Positions 48,107 through 58,329 of a stretch of DNA of 64,000 bases are shown here, piece after piece (the stretch's first letter is position 1; each line of letters starts with the position of its first letter). This stretch comes from a virus (lineage: Duplodnaviria; Caudoviricetes), in the IMG/VR virus record IMGVR_UViG_3300033075_000545, positions 1 to 64,000 of that record. The stretch is one strand, 5' to 3'. Below the pieces are notes generated by a model. That model did no database searches. It was given only the letters and a program-made list of their open reading frames with translations, and was not told the origin of the DNA. Made by a program: the position numbers and the translations under genes.

Positions 48107-49053
48107 TGGTCGAGAACCTCACGGAATGCTGCGCACTTCTCCTGGAGCAAGGAGCATCGGGCCGTGTTAGAAACCACGGCTGGTAGGTCAAACAAGTTAG
48201 AAAGGGTCTCGTCCGGGATTTTGTTCAGGTCTGCCCTTTTGTACCAACTCCCATCCGCCGCCCGGACCATCGCGGCAAGCTTGCGCCGCGCCGCGGAGGG
48301 CGTCTCGTCGCAGAGCTGTGTCAAGGGGTCCGGGAGCTGCCAATTGTTGACCCGGTCAACGGCCCGGAGATGGGTCGCTGCAAGAACTGGGTCGGTCGGT
48401 GGAGAAGCAGAGGCTTCTTTGAGAACCTCAACAAGGGCTGGGAGTTTATCGCGAGTTGCGTGCCAGATCCGTTGATCGAATGCCTCCTTCCACGTACTCG
48501 CGAGTCGACCGAGACCTGCTGCTGCTTCGATCTGATCAACGACAGCGTTGCTGAGAGCGCCAGGAACACGCTCCCCTGCGCTGAGAACATTACGGGAGAA
48601 AGTCTGAAGATCCGTAGGGGTAAATTGGTCGCTGTACTTGGTGAAGTAGTCTGCTGCTGCCTTCACTTGTTCTGCGGTGTCCAAAGGATACTTCTTACTG
48701 TCGGGGAGTCCGTAGTGTCGAGATTCGGCGGGAACTGGTCGGTTCTGTTCGAGACGGGACCACTCACCGAACAGGCGGTGCTGATCAAGAGCCGCTTTAA
48801 TACGATTTCCTACCTTGGTGTCCGTTGAGAGTGTTGCGTGGTAATGGGCAGCAGAAGCCCAAGCTGCAGACGGGGTGTGGACGGGAAACGTCTTCCCGGC
48901 GTCTGCGTAGGCAGAGGCCACCTTCTCAACGGGCTCCAAGTCTTCAACGCTGGCTTCAAGTACCCCGGCTGGTGCTGCGTACTTGACCATCAGTACGGCT
49001 GTGCGAGCGCCGGTTCGGTCCGCCAGCGGCCCGTCACCAAGGGTAGTTACCAT
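48037..49053 (-). CDS. Putative head protein with two (F/Y)P-x-x-T repeats (DUF6582-like)
   Basis: KTFPVHTPSAAWAS and KYPLDTAEQVKAAADYF; EKVAS/KEAS motifs; start at ATG 49053 with AAGGTG RBS. Confidence 0.5.
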   Translation of the reverse strand: MVTTLGDGPLADRTGARTAVLMVKYAAPAGVLEASVEDLEPVEKVASAYADAGKTFPVHTPSAAWASAAHYHATLSTDTKVGNRIKAALDQHRLFGEWSRLEQNRPVPAESRHYGLPDSKKYPLDTAEQVKAAADYFTKYSDQFTPTDLQTFSRNVLSAGERVPGALSNAVVDQIEAAAGLGRLASTWKEAFDQRIWHATRDKLPALVEVLKEASASPPTDPVLAATHLRAVDRVNNWQLPDPLTQLCDETPSAARRKLAAMVRAADGSWYKRADLNKIPDETLSNLFDLPAVVSNTARCSLLQEKCAAFREVLDHHGVSPVEVPRDPRVDWAALARS

Positions 49054-49114
49054 GTCGTCACCTTTGTGGGAGTCGTACTGGCCAGTGGCCAGAGTTCCAA
49101 TCAGTCTGGGTTTA

Positions 49115-50494
49115 ATGGCGGTCCGACAGGACCCCACATCCAAACCATATTACTGTCATGAATGCGGTAACAAAAGTATAGATTGCGTCGTCACTGATGA
49201 CTCGGGTCAGCACTGGATGCGATGTGCATCGTGTGGCTGGAGCGGATACGCGTTCAATTATGTCTTTGAGAGCCTCAACGAGGATTGGACAGCAACGATT
49301 GCGGCATTGAATGCTGTAGGTATGAAACTTAAGTTGAAGGACTTTAGCACAAACGAATTCTCAGCGCACAGTAAACACGTCAAATTGATTCGTAACCTGG
49401 AGCAGATTGCAAAGAATATGGCCCATAGGCGAGTCGGGGCCCAGCCAGGACAACCGTATGCAGCCCACAACCACCCAAGTTGGTGGGCCGTGACAGAACC
49501 TGAGTTCTGTCAGTATTTGGAGATCAAGACTTCAGCTAAGAACCATAACGAATCGTACCACATCTGTACCGCAGTACCCGGATATGATCGGATGATGCGA
49601 CCGATCGGCGCGGTACTCTATGAAGGCACTAAGAACCGAATAGTGTGTGCAACAGGTACATACGGCGGAGTACTGTTTCGGCACACCATTCGACCGGACC
49701 GCAGGGTTTACGTTTCTACAGATACGCGGGATGACATCGCTCTCCAAGTTCAAAGACTCGCCGCGACGAATGGGACCACAGTGCCCGTGACGTCGCTTGT
49801 TCAGATGTCATACCAGAACATTGACAAAATTGCGTCTGATCTCCAGGGGTACCGAGTTACGATCGTCCGCGATTTTGTAATCAATGCGATACCTGTGGAC
49901 TGGATGTCTCTTGCAATCAAGATGAACGCTGATTTGGCTCCTGTAGGTGAAGAAGACCAGAGTCTGTCGGCACAGATGATTTGTGATAACTGGGATAAAT
50001 CCGCAGTGCACTGGTCCGAAGTACTGTTGACGCTCCTGAACAACAAACCGGATTGGCGGATTCGGGCCATGGTTAACGGTGTAGGGGACGCTGAAGACGT
50101 CATGAGTCAGTTGAAGACGCGTTGGTCTCGTACGAGCTACGAGAAGCTTAGAGCGGTAGTTAATTTGCCACTTGTTGACACGGTAGAGCTTAGGAAAGAT
50201 CTGGCGGTGTATGACTCACCTGATGGTGTTCGCGACGTAAGAACCAACGCTGTACTTTGTGAGACGGTACCTTACGTAACAGCCGTCGGGTTCGAAAACT
50301 CGAGAATCGTTTATACGGGCTACGTCCGATACCGCGGCAAATGTTTCAACTTCCGGTCTCGAAAGTTTAAGAACGACCCTATGGGGGTGATTGAGTCCAC
50401 GATGCTCAAAGCAGGAATTACGGACTTTGCGCCTGTGCACCCGAAACTGGTGCCGTATCTGTACACAATGGCTCGCCACTGGGGAGTTGTTTGA
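49115..50494 (+). CDS. Zn-ribbon protein (possibly primase-related)
   Basis: CHECG...CASCGWSG N-terminal Zn ribbon; start uncertain. Confidence 0.4.
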   Translation: MAVRQDPTSKPYYCHECGNKSIDCVVTDDSGQHWMRCASCGWSGYAFNYVFESLNEDWTATIAALNAVGMKLKLKDFSTNEFSAHSKHVKLIRNLEQIAKNMAHRRVGAQPGQPYAAHNHPSWWAVTEPEFCQYLEIKTSAKNHNESYHICTAVPGYDRMMRPIGAVLYEGTKNRIVCATGTYGGVLFRHTIRPDRRVYVSTDTRDDIALQVQRLAATNGTTVPVTSLVQMSYQNIDKIASDLQGYRVTIVRDFVINAIPVDWMSLAIKMNADLAPVGEEDQSLSAQMICDNWDKSAVHWSEVLLTLLNNKPDWRIRAMVNGVGDAEDVMSQLKTRWSRTSYEKLRAVVNLPLVDTVELRKDLAVYDSPDGVRDVRTNAVLCETVPYVTAVGFENSRIVYTGYVRYRGKCFNFRSRKFKNDPMGVIESTMLKAGITDFAPVHPKLVPYLYTMARHWGVV

Positions 50495-50548
50495 AAGGGA
50501 GAACTGGGAGCCATAACTAAACGATTCACACTTTTTGAAAGGGACTCT

Positions 50549-51307
50549 ATGCGTCACGTTGACCAAATGTTGGACGCCGCGTGCGAGGCGCCCGACGATC
50601 TAGCGGTGCGGATGGCGCTGGCAGATGTGTTAAAGGCCGACGAGAGACCAGAACTGGCACAGGCCATCGAGGACAGAAGGTGTGGTCCGGAACTGTTAAG
50701 GTTGGTACGGGACAGAGCTGCGTTCTTCAAGCTCCCATTGACCATCGAGTTGTTGTGGTACTGCTTCCACCTTCACCCACGGGTCACGGACTACACGAAC
50801 AGGCTCTTACGAAGCTACCCGGGGTATACGACAGGGAGCCTTACCTTCCCGCCAGCAGAAACGTTCCCAGTTCCTACCGTCGAACCGCCGTCGCGGTGGC
50901 AGAGGATTACCCGAACGTCTCCGGCTGTAACGTGGAAAGAGTACACGCCTCCCACAAACCCGTACCTGTTGATGTCATCCACGACGACCAATCCAGTTTC
51001 TGCAACGTGGGGTGATGCTGCCCATAACGCTGCGGTTCAGGCTATGAATGCAGCACTAGCAACACCACCCGAGCTTGCGCCGGTTCCACGAGAAGTTCAG
51101 GACGCCCCAGAGATCGCACCAATGCCGCGGGAGGTCAACGACGCCCCGGTTGTGGATTCCTGTGACTACTCGAGTTCTCGTTCTGACACCAGTTCGTCGT
51201 ACGATTCGGGATCCAGTAGTAGTTATTCCTCCTACGACAGTGGGTCGTCTTCGAGCTCCGACTGCGGTAGCTCGTCTTGCGACAGCGGATCCTCAAGCTG
51301 TGACTGA
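50549..51307 (+). CDS. TIGR02996-like domain protein with Ser-rich tail
   Basis: MLDAACEAPDDLAVRMALADVL..PELAQAI; 13-aa duplicated Pro motif; SSSYDSG tail. Confidence 0.65.
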   Translation: MRHVDQMLDAACEAPDDLAVRMALADVLKADERPELAQAIEDRRCGPELLRLVRDRAAFFKLPLTIELLWYCFHLHPRVTDYTNRLLRSYPGYTTGSLTFPPAETFPVPTVEPPSRWQRITRTSPAVTWKEYTPPTNPYLLMSSTTTNPVSATWGDAAHNAAVQAMNAALATPPELAPVPREVQDAPEIAPMPREVNDAPVVDSCDYSSSRSDTSSSYDSGSSSSYSSYDSGSSSSSDCGSSSCDSGSSSCD

Positions 51308-51309
51308 CC

Positions 51310-53016
51310 TCAGTAGCCGTAAGGATTAACTCGGCCGACCGTAACCAGGTTTGGCCACCCGCCAGAAGCTTCCCATCCTGCACACGCCGCGAAATTAACG
51401 GCGTGTGCAAAGTCGTCTGTCTGCTGGTCATACACCTTGACGATCCGGTAGAACTGTCCGGTAGAGCTGTCTTTTAGCTCTTGGGCAAGATTGGTGAAGT
51501 CGTAGATCAATCCCGTTTGGTGTACGTCTGCGTAATCATAGTTGAAGAACCGCAACTTCTTAGCTTTGATTGCACTACAAAGGAATTGGAGAGACTGTCC
51601 CTTATCGAGGGAGTAAAACCCTCGAGATCGGTTGTTCACAGCTTTGTGGTGCTCGACCATATCTCCGCCCACTGTCGCCCGGTAAACCATGGGTGCAATT
51701 CGCGTAATGGGCCATCCGCACTGTGTAACGGTAGCTTCACTGACGCGACCAGAGCCGTTACCATCGTGAGCAATGAGTTGGGCACGGAACACCCCTGCCA
51801 AACGCGCAATTTCTTTGCCTTCAGAAATAGGATCAATCGTAGGTGGGAACCGGTACCCAAAAAATGCTTCAGCGGTTCCGTCGTGATTGAACCCAACAGC
51901 CGCTACGGATGTACGGCTGGCTCCAGACTCCCCACCACCGCCCCAGTCGACCCCGAGAACGATAAACGGATATCGAGACATCCGGTTCATGGCGTCCTTC
52001 ATCGTGTTTGGGCCAACGCCTTGAGCGGCTTCTCGGAGCTGTTCTTCGGTGATGAGTTTATACGCCTGGTCATAGGCTTCTCCGAGAACCTCGTTGTGAA
52101 ACTTGGCAACGGTGAACGATTCTGCCCCGTTCATCTTCCCGATGAGTTGAGACCACTTGACGGGATGCGCGTAGTGACTGGGCATGATAGGTTGGGGGAT
52201 GAAGTACCCCACACTATCGCGACGACGTTCTGGAAATCGGTGGACCCACCTGCCGTGTCGCGGGCGGACTGGTTTCTGGCATCGATGACAGACAAGTCCT
52301 GGCTCATTCTCGGAGATGTCGTCGCGGACTGGTCCCAACATTGTCATCATGTGCCCGTCGGGCTCGATGCAGCAGATGTTGTCGAATGAGCACAGGTCAC
52401 ACTTGATGTGCCACACCCCCTGTGAGGACATCATCCAGGATTTTTCAAGCAAACTGCCGTTGGTCTTGCTTGTTCCACTGAGAATGGTGACTGGCGACGG
52501 TCGTGATGATTGACATTCACGAAGGATAGGAAGGTGCTCAGAATCCAGATCCTGGCTTTCATCGACGTAAAGTTGGTCGATACCGGCAATACCACGCACA
52601 CGGTTTGCGTCGGCACCTGCGTAGGAGAAGTAGATCAAGGACCCGTTATCAAACTTTCGCCGACGAACGGATCCCATAGATCCTTCGTAACCCAAGATCG
52701 CCCGGACGGGGCTCTCGTCGACCATGGGCTTAAAGATGATCGATGACATTCGGTCCGATTGCTCCTGAAGGGGGAGCACGACGAGGACCTTGTATCCTGG
52801 TTGAGTAGCCAAATCGAGAATCAAGCGGGCTGAGGTTTGGTGCGTCTTACCGATCTGACGTCCGGCACGTACAGTAACGTTCGGAACGCAGTAGGTAGAG
52901 AACAAGGGGTAGAAAACGAAGTGATCGTCCAGAGTCATCGGCTTACGCTCCAGATTCAGGAGCGATGGTAGAAAGCTAGTCAGATTGTTGACCTTTTCTT
53001 CCGCTGCGAGGACCAC
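51310..53016 (-). CDS. terL: Terminase large subunit (GpA-like)
   Basis: Walker A RAGRQIGKT; Walker B LYVDESQD; GTSKT; CxxC pairs; nuclease LGVDWG..DDFAHA; start re-assigned to GTG 53016 (AAGGAG RBS). Confidence 0.85.
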   Translation of the reverse strand: MVLAAEEKVNNLTSFLPSLLNLERKPMTLDDHFVFYPLFSTYCVPNVTVRAGRQIGKTHQTSARLILDLATQPGYKVLVVLPLQEQSDRMSSIIFKPMVDESPVRAILGYEGSMGSVRRRKFDNGSLIYFSYAGADANRVRGIAGIDQLYVDESQDLDSEHLPILRECQSSRPSPVTILSGTSKTNGSLLEKSWMMSSQGVWHIKCDLCSFDNICCIEPDGHMMTMLGPVRDDISENEPGLVCHRCQKPVRPRHGRWVHRFPERRRDSVGYFIPQPIMPSHYAHPVKWSQLIGKMNGAESFTVAKFHNEVLGEAYDQAYKLITEEQLREAAQGVGPNTMKDAMNRMSRYPFIVLGVDWGGGGESGASRTSVAAVGFNHDGTAEAFFGYRFPPTIDPISEGKEIARLAGVFRAQLIAHDGNGSGRVSEATVTQCGWPITRIAPMVYRATVGGDMVEHHKAVNNRSRGFYSLDKGQSLQFLCSAIKAKKLRFFNYDYADVHQTGLIYDFTNLAQELKDSSTGQFYRIVKVYDQQTDDFAHAVNFAACAGWEASGGWPNLVTVGRVNPYGY

Positions 53017-53305
53017 AAAAATCTCCTTCAAATGTCTGTCAAAATTACATGTACGGATTCGCTTGTGTTCCGTCCCCACCCGGATTAGGGTGGTTGTTCC
53101 ATACGAACTAGGGAGCTGCGAGGGTGAAATCAGCAACACCTGATGAAATCAGGTCGGCAATACTTCTATCGTTTGTGGGTTGCTTCATGGTTTATTGGGA
53201 GACTAAAGCCGCGGGCGTAATGCTAGCGCCGCTGCTTATGTTAGCGCTCTACTTGTCGATCCCTCCGTCTAACGAATAACACGAACTTACTATAAGGGTC
53301 CAACA

Positions 53306-56300
53306 ATGTCTCAGCAAATTGAGGCACGGCTGTCGTCCAATTCGCCACATGCCGGGCTCAACTTTGTCCAGCGTCGTTCTGTGATCTCGAAGCGTGACGG
53401 TACTGTCCTCTACGACTTGTCCGTAATCGCGCCAGAAAACTGGTCCCAGACCGCAGTGGACATGATCGCGCAGAAGTACCTCCGTAAGGCAGGCGTACCA
53501 GACAAAACCACTGCCATCACTGAAGAGAAAGTTCCCGAATGGTTGTGGCGCAGAACCGGAGCCCCAGACGCCAAATACGATCGGGAGACGGACTCCCGCC
53601 AGGTGTTCCACCGCATCGCAGGGTGCTGGACATATTGGGGTTGGAAGTTGGGGTATTTCCTCGACGAAGCGCAGGCCAAGAATTACTACGACGAAATCGT
53701 TTTCATGTTGGCCAATCAGATGATGGCCCCCAACAGCCCACAGTGGTTCAACACCGGGTTGAACTACGCGTACGGTATCACAGGCGACGACCGAGGTATG
53801 TGGGGTTTGTACGGGGACGACGTGAAAGCAATCGACGACGCTTACAGTCGGCCTGCGTCTGGAGCGTGTTTCATCCAAACTTTGGATGATACACTAGTCG
53901 GCCCTAACGGTATCACGGACTTTATCGAACGGGAAGCTCGGATCTTCTCGAATGGTGCCGGGAGCGGTGCCAACTACAGCGAGCTCCGTGGCGCCGGCGA
54001 ACCGTTATCTGGTGGTGGTACGTCTTCTGGTCTGTTGAGTTTTCTAAAACCCATCGATGCATCTGCTGGGGCCATTAAAAGTGGGGGAACGTGCCTCGCC
54101 CCTGATACCCGCGTGTTCACGGACCGGGGTGTAGTCCCAGTTTCTGAGTTGGAAGCTTCCGGAGAACGATTCGTATGCTTGAGTTACGATCCCCCTGCGG
54201 GGCGGTACAAAGCAAAGTGGGCTGAAGCGTTCAAGTCCGGACGAAAAATGGTGGTGTTGGTAAAGACCGACAAGGGAGAATTCCGAGTCAGTCACGATCA
54301 CCCGATGCGGTTAGCTTGTGGTGAGTACGCACAAGCAGTAGATCTAGTTGCTGGACAACGCCTGTTCGCGTGTCACGTCGCTAATCGCAACGGCTACTTG
54401 CGTGTTTCGTTGCGTACCGGAAAACGTGGAGGGGGGAGTCGTTACTGGCACCGTCTGATTGGTGAAGACGTTCTTGGTGCGTCGCGTGAGATGGTCGTTG
54501 ACCACGCTGACGACAACAAGCACAACAATCTCATTACTAACTTGGAGTTAAAATCGTCATCGGACCACGCACGACGTCACGGTAGGGCTTTGGCTGCTGT
54601 GGGTAATCATGTATTCCAACAGCGGAAGTTTCCCAAATGTGGTGCGTCTAATCCCATGGCGTCGGGTGCCGCGTTTTGGACCGACACCGTAAAGGTCGCA
54701 TCTTACAAAGCAAAGCAAGCGGACCGTATTCAAGGGCGCGCCGAGGGTATGGCGTTGCTCTCGTCCCGCCAGAAGATGTTGAACTACGCTTGGAAGTGCT
54801 TGAACGCCGGTCAGGTCATTGACAGTTTTTCGGACTACGTGAAAGCGCGCGAGGTCGTTTGCGGACGGATCGGTTGCAAGAAGACTCTCTTGCGAACCAT
54901 TGAGAGTAGGTTCGGTTCATACGCGGAGTTTCTTCGGGAGGTGAATAGTAACAATCACCGAGTCGTGTCTGTTACAGAAGTCGGGGAGATGGACGTTTAC
55001 GATGTCCAAGTGGATTGTCCCACGACCGACGAAAAGGTCCCGGAGAGTGGTCACAACTTTGTGATTTGGTCGGGAGACAATCCCGAGGGCTCTGGTGTCG
55101 CAGTTCACAACACTCGCAGGGCCGCACGTATGGTTGTGCTGGATGTGGACCATCCAGACATCGAAGACTTCATTGGGTGGAAAGCCCGCGAGGAAAAGAA
55201 AGTCGCAGCTCTGGTTGCCGGATCTCGACTGGTCAAACGGAACGTAGACGCGGTGTACAAAGAGAAGGATCCCACCCGTCAGAAGAAGCTAATCGCCAAA
55301 GCGGTCAAGGAGGGTGTTCCTTATGGAACTCTCAAGGCCGTTAAACTTGCCGCGCAGCACGGACAACCATGTCCGCAGGTCGACGAGTTTGACACGGATT
55401 ACGAAAAGGAGGCGTACCAAACCGTGTCTGGACAAAACGCAAACAACTCAGTTCGTATCAGCGATAAGTTCATGGAAGCCGTTCTGGGCGACCGGGAGTG
55501 GCACCTTTACTATCGGACTGAGCTTCGAAAAGCCAAGAAGGAACGTCGCACACCTAAGCCGTGTAAGTCACTCAATGCGCGTGACTTATGGACGAAAATT
55601 GCTCGAGCCTCTTGGGAGTGTGCTGATCCTGGGGTTCAGTTCGACGACGCGGTCAACGACTGGAATCCCGTCATCAATGACTCTAGGATCCGTGCGACTA
55701 ACCCTTGTTGTTTCGTCGGAGAAACGATAGTTGATACGTCAGAGGGGAAGCTGCGGATCGACGAGCTGGTCGCAATGTGTGACCGTGGTGAAATCCTTCC
55801 GTACGCTTTTGGTCACGACCGTGGATCGAAGTCTCTCGCGTTGAAGCCCATCAAACGGGCTTGGTGCGCGGGCCGCACGAGGACCTTGGTACGTGTTACC
55901 ACGGACAAGGGTGTTCAGTTCACGTGCACCCCGGAGCACAAGGTCCTGACATTTAATGGCGATTACATTGAAGCCCAGAATCTTGCCGTAGGAACAAGTC
56001 TCCGCAAGATCCCGAGACACGTGAACGTACGGCGTTCCGGTCGCGTGATGGTTACGGACTCCAAGGCGGGTACTCCGAACGGTACGCAGTACCAGAACAT
56101 TTGGATGTGGGAGAAGGTAAACGGCCCCATCCCGGAAAATATGGAGGTCCATCACAAAAACGACGATCCGGCTGACGACCGCGTCAGTAATTTTGAGCTC
56201 GTCGATCGCATCGAGCACCGGAAGTATCACAGTGCCGGGGAGAACAACCCCAGGTTCCTGGACGTGGACGAATCGTTGCTCGTCGAGGCTTACGAAACAC

Positions 56301-58309
56301 TGACGACCACAGGTAAAGGCAAGGTGTACGGGCGGTTTACCGTGGGCCGTTGGAACAAGATGGTTCAGGAGAAGGGCTGGACCGGACGATTACCCCTGGC
56401 ACGACGTCCCAAGGGGGCGAACGGGATCGTACAAGGTATGTCCTGGGAAGCGTTCGAGTCGAAGCTAAAGGACCTGCGTCAGAAAGCGAACGACAAGGTC
56501 GCGTTGGTAGAGCACATAGCTCTTGGAGAGGAGGTCCCGGTTTACGACCTTGAAGTCGAAGGCACTCACAACTTCGCTGTCACGAACTCGACGTCCCCTG
56601 CGACGCAATCGATCGTGGTCAGTAACAGCGAATTCAATTTCATAGACGATAGTACATGTAACCTATCGTGCTTGAACCTGGTGAAGGCCGTCGTTCGCGA
56701 CGGTGACGTCATCAATTGGCCCGCCACGGTCGAAAGACTGCGGCATATGGCCCGGCTGACGACGATCGGACTCGACATTACCGTGTCGATGTCTTCGTAT
56801 CCGTCGGAAGCCATTGCAAACGGTGCGTACAAATACCGCACCATCGGTCTGGGGTACGCCAATCTCGGCGCGCTCCTTATGCAAAATGGTATTCCTTACG
56901 ACAGTGTCGAGGGCCGAGCGTGGGCGGTCGCCTTCACGGGCGTCATCCACTACCAGTCCACCCTAACTTCGATAGCACTCGCGCAATCGCTGGGGTCTTT
57001 TCCCCAGTACGCCAACAACATTGCGTGCGTAAATAAAGTTCTGAACAACCATGCTCAATATGTTTTGGAGGAGAAGTACGAGGATCTGACCTACCCGCCC
57101 CCGTCCGCTAAACCTCTCCTGGATGCGCTTCCTGCTGTGTTGCGAGAGAAGCTCCAAGATGTTGCGCGAAGCACATTAGTCGTGTTAGACGAGGGGCTCC
57201 GCAACGCCCAGCTCACCCTGGTCCAGCCCGCAGGAACCGTGGGCCTTCTGATGGATTGTGACTGCACCGGCGTAGAACCAGATTTCGCCCTGGTGAAAGG
57301 TAAACAGCTCGCTGGTGGTGGGTGGATCACGATCGTCAACCAGTCAGTTACGCCAGCTCTCAAGAAGCTGGGGTACTCTGACGCGGACGTCGCGACCATC
57401 TGCGACCACGTGCTCAAGAAGGGTACCGTAGAGGGTTGCGAGATCCTCAAGGCGGAGCACCTTCCGGTGTTCGACTGCGCTGTCCCCTGTACGAAGGGTG
57501 GGGGTGTGAGGTCCATCTCCGCAGATGGGCACATGGACATGTTGGCGGCTGTCCAGCCATTGCTCAGCGGCTCCTGCTCGAAGACTCTCAACCTCGATCA
57601 CGACGTAACGGTCGCGGAAGTCGAGCGGGTCCACATGAAGTGCTGGAAGGACCGTATCAAGTGTGCAGCGCTGTATCGTGACGGCTCAAAGTTGAGCCAA
57701 CCACTGAACGCAGGAGACCAGGCTGACGTTTCCGATGTTGAAGACACGGAGGACAAGGAAACCAAATTCGAGGCCACGAAGCGGCGGTATCTTCCGAGTC
57801 GTCGTCGAGGATACACCCAGAAGTTCCGGGTTCCAGGTCACAAGCTCTATCTGCGAACTGGGGAATACGACGATGGGACGATCGGAGAGATCTTCCTGAC
57901 TGCGCACAAGGATGGGGCTCTGTTACAGAGCGTATTGGGGGCTCTGGCCCAAGCCGTGTCGATCGGTCTTCAATACGGGGTCCCGCTGAGCGAGTTTATC
58001 GACGCCTACGTATTCACGCAGTTCGAGCCGAATGGTCCGGTGTCAGGTCACGAGAAGATTAAGAACTGTACTTCGCTGTTGGACGCAATCTTCCGCGATC
58101 TGGGCATTGAATACGGCGGACGGACGGAGCTCGCTCACGTCATCCCACAGGGTAAGGAGGTACCCACCAAGTCTATTACGGCGGATGACGCTGGAGCTGA
58201 GGTGAAATATGAAGGTACTCCGTGTAGGCACTGCGGACAGTTAAAGTTGATCCGTAATGGAACGTGTCTAGTCTGCGTGGCATGTGGAACGACTACAGGT
58301 TGCGCGTGA
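53306..58309 (+). CDS. nrdJ: Class II (B12-dependent) ribonucleotide reductase with two inteins
   Basis: PNSPQWFNTG, ACFI, IKSGG(T|T)RRAARM, TNPC|SE, CNL, QPAGTVG, YRDGSK, TSCPD-like domain and C-terminal CxxC; spliced length 1021 aa. Confidence 0.92.
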   Translation: MSQQIEARLSSNSPHAGLNFVQRRSVISKRDGTVLYDLSVIAPENWSQTAVDMIAQKYLRKAGVPDKTTAITEEKVPEWLWRRTGAPDAKYDRETDSRQVFHRIAGCWTYWGWKLGYFLDEAQAKNYYDEIVFMLANQMMAPNSPQWFNTGLNYAYGITGDDRGMWGLYGDDVKAIDDAYSRPASGACFIQTLDDTLVGPNGITDFIEREARIFSNGAGSGANYSELRGAGEPLSGGGTSSGLLSFLKPIDASAGAIKSGGTCLAPDTRVFTDRGVVPVSELEASGERFVCLSYDPPAGRYKAKWAEAFKSGRKMVVLVKTDKGEFRVSHDHPMRLACGEYAQAVDLVAGQRLFACHVANRNGYLRVSLRTGKRGGGSRYWHRLIGEDVLGASREMVVDHADDNKHNNLITNLELKSSSDHARRHGRALAAVGNHVFQQRKFPKCGASNPMASGAAFWTDTVKVASYKAKQADRIQGRAEGMALLSSRQKMLNYAWKCLNAGQVIDSFSDYVKAREVVCGRIGCKKTLLRTIESRFGSYAEFLREVNSNNHRVVSVTEVGEMDVYDVQVDCPTTDEKVPESGHNFVIWSGDNPEGSGVAVHNTRRAARMVVLDVDHPDIEDFIGWKAREEKKVAALVAGSRLVKRNVDAVYKEKDPTRQKKLIAKAVKEGVPYGTLKAVKLAAQHGQPCPQVDEFDTDYEKEAYQTVSGQNANNSVRISDKFMEAVLGDREWHLYYRTELRKAKKERRTPKPCKSLNARDLWTKIARASWECADPGVQFDDAVNDWNPVINDSRIRATNPCCFVGETIVDTSEGKLRIDELVAMCDRGEILPYAFGHDRGSKSLALKPIKRAWCAGRTRTLVRVTTDKGVQFTCTPEHKVLTFNGDYIEAQNLAVGTSLRKIPRHVNVRRSGRVMVTDSKAGTPNGTQYQNIWMWEKVNGPIPENMEVHHKNDDPADDRVSNFELVDRIEHRKYHSAGENNPRFLDVDESLLVEAYETLTTTGKGKVYGRFTVGRWNKMVQEKGWTGRLPLARRPKGANGIVQGMSWEAFESKLKDLRQKANDKVALVEHIALGEEVPVYDLEVEGTHNFAVTNSTSPATQSIVVSNSEFNFIDDSTCNLSCLNLVKAVVRDGDVINWPATVERLRHMARLTTIGLDITVSMSSYPSEAIANGAYKYRTIGLGYANLGALLMQNGIPYDSVEGRAWAVAFTGVIHYQSTLTSIALAQSLGSFPQYANNIACVNKVLNNHAQYVLEEKYEDLTYPPPSAKPLLDALPAVLREKLQDVARSTLVVLDEGLRNAQLTLVQPAGTVGLLMDCDCTGVEPDFALVKGKQLAGGGWITIVNQSVTPALKKLGYSDADVATICDHVLKKGTVEGCEILKAEHLPVFDCAVPCTKGGGVRSISADGHMDMLAAVQPLLSGSCSKTLNLDHDVTVAEVERVHMKCWKDRIKCAALYRDGSKLSQPLNAGDQADVSDVEDTEDKETKFEATKRRYLPSRRRGYTQKFRVPGHKLYLRTGEYDDGTIGEIFLTAHKDGALLQSVLGALAQAVSIGLQYGVPLSEFIDAYVFTQFEPNGPVSGHEKIKNCTSLLDAIFRDLGIEYGGRTELAHVIPQGKEVPTKSITADDAGAEVKYEGTPCRHCGQLKLIRNGTCLVCVACGTTTGCA
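54092..55111 (+). mobile_element. Intein 1 in NrdJ with HNH endonuclease (340 aa)
   Basis: CLAPDT start; SHDH block B; VDHADDNKHNN..NLE; ends VAVHN|T. Confidence 0.88.
55709..56626 (+). mobile_element. Intein 2 in NrdJ with HNH endonuclease (306 aa)
   Basis: CFVGET start after NPC; CTPEH; EVHHKNDD..NFE; ends IVVSN|S. Confidence 0.88.
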
Positions 58310-58329
58310 CGTCCGTTTAACAACGATCC

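Noticed and set aside
51481-52389. 302-aa plus-strand ORF and many similar antisense ORFs (e.g. 2585-3466, 10248-11015, 18640-19458)
   Set aside because: They are shadow frames of well-supported genes, with no motifs or RBS
53100-53165. Hammerhead ribozyme or SAM/cobalamin riboswitch (CTGATGA and CAGCAAC motifs)
   Set aside because: CTGATGA lies within a simple hairpin and the other conserved core elements could not be placed; kept only as a generic structured leader
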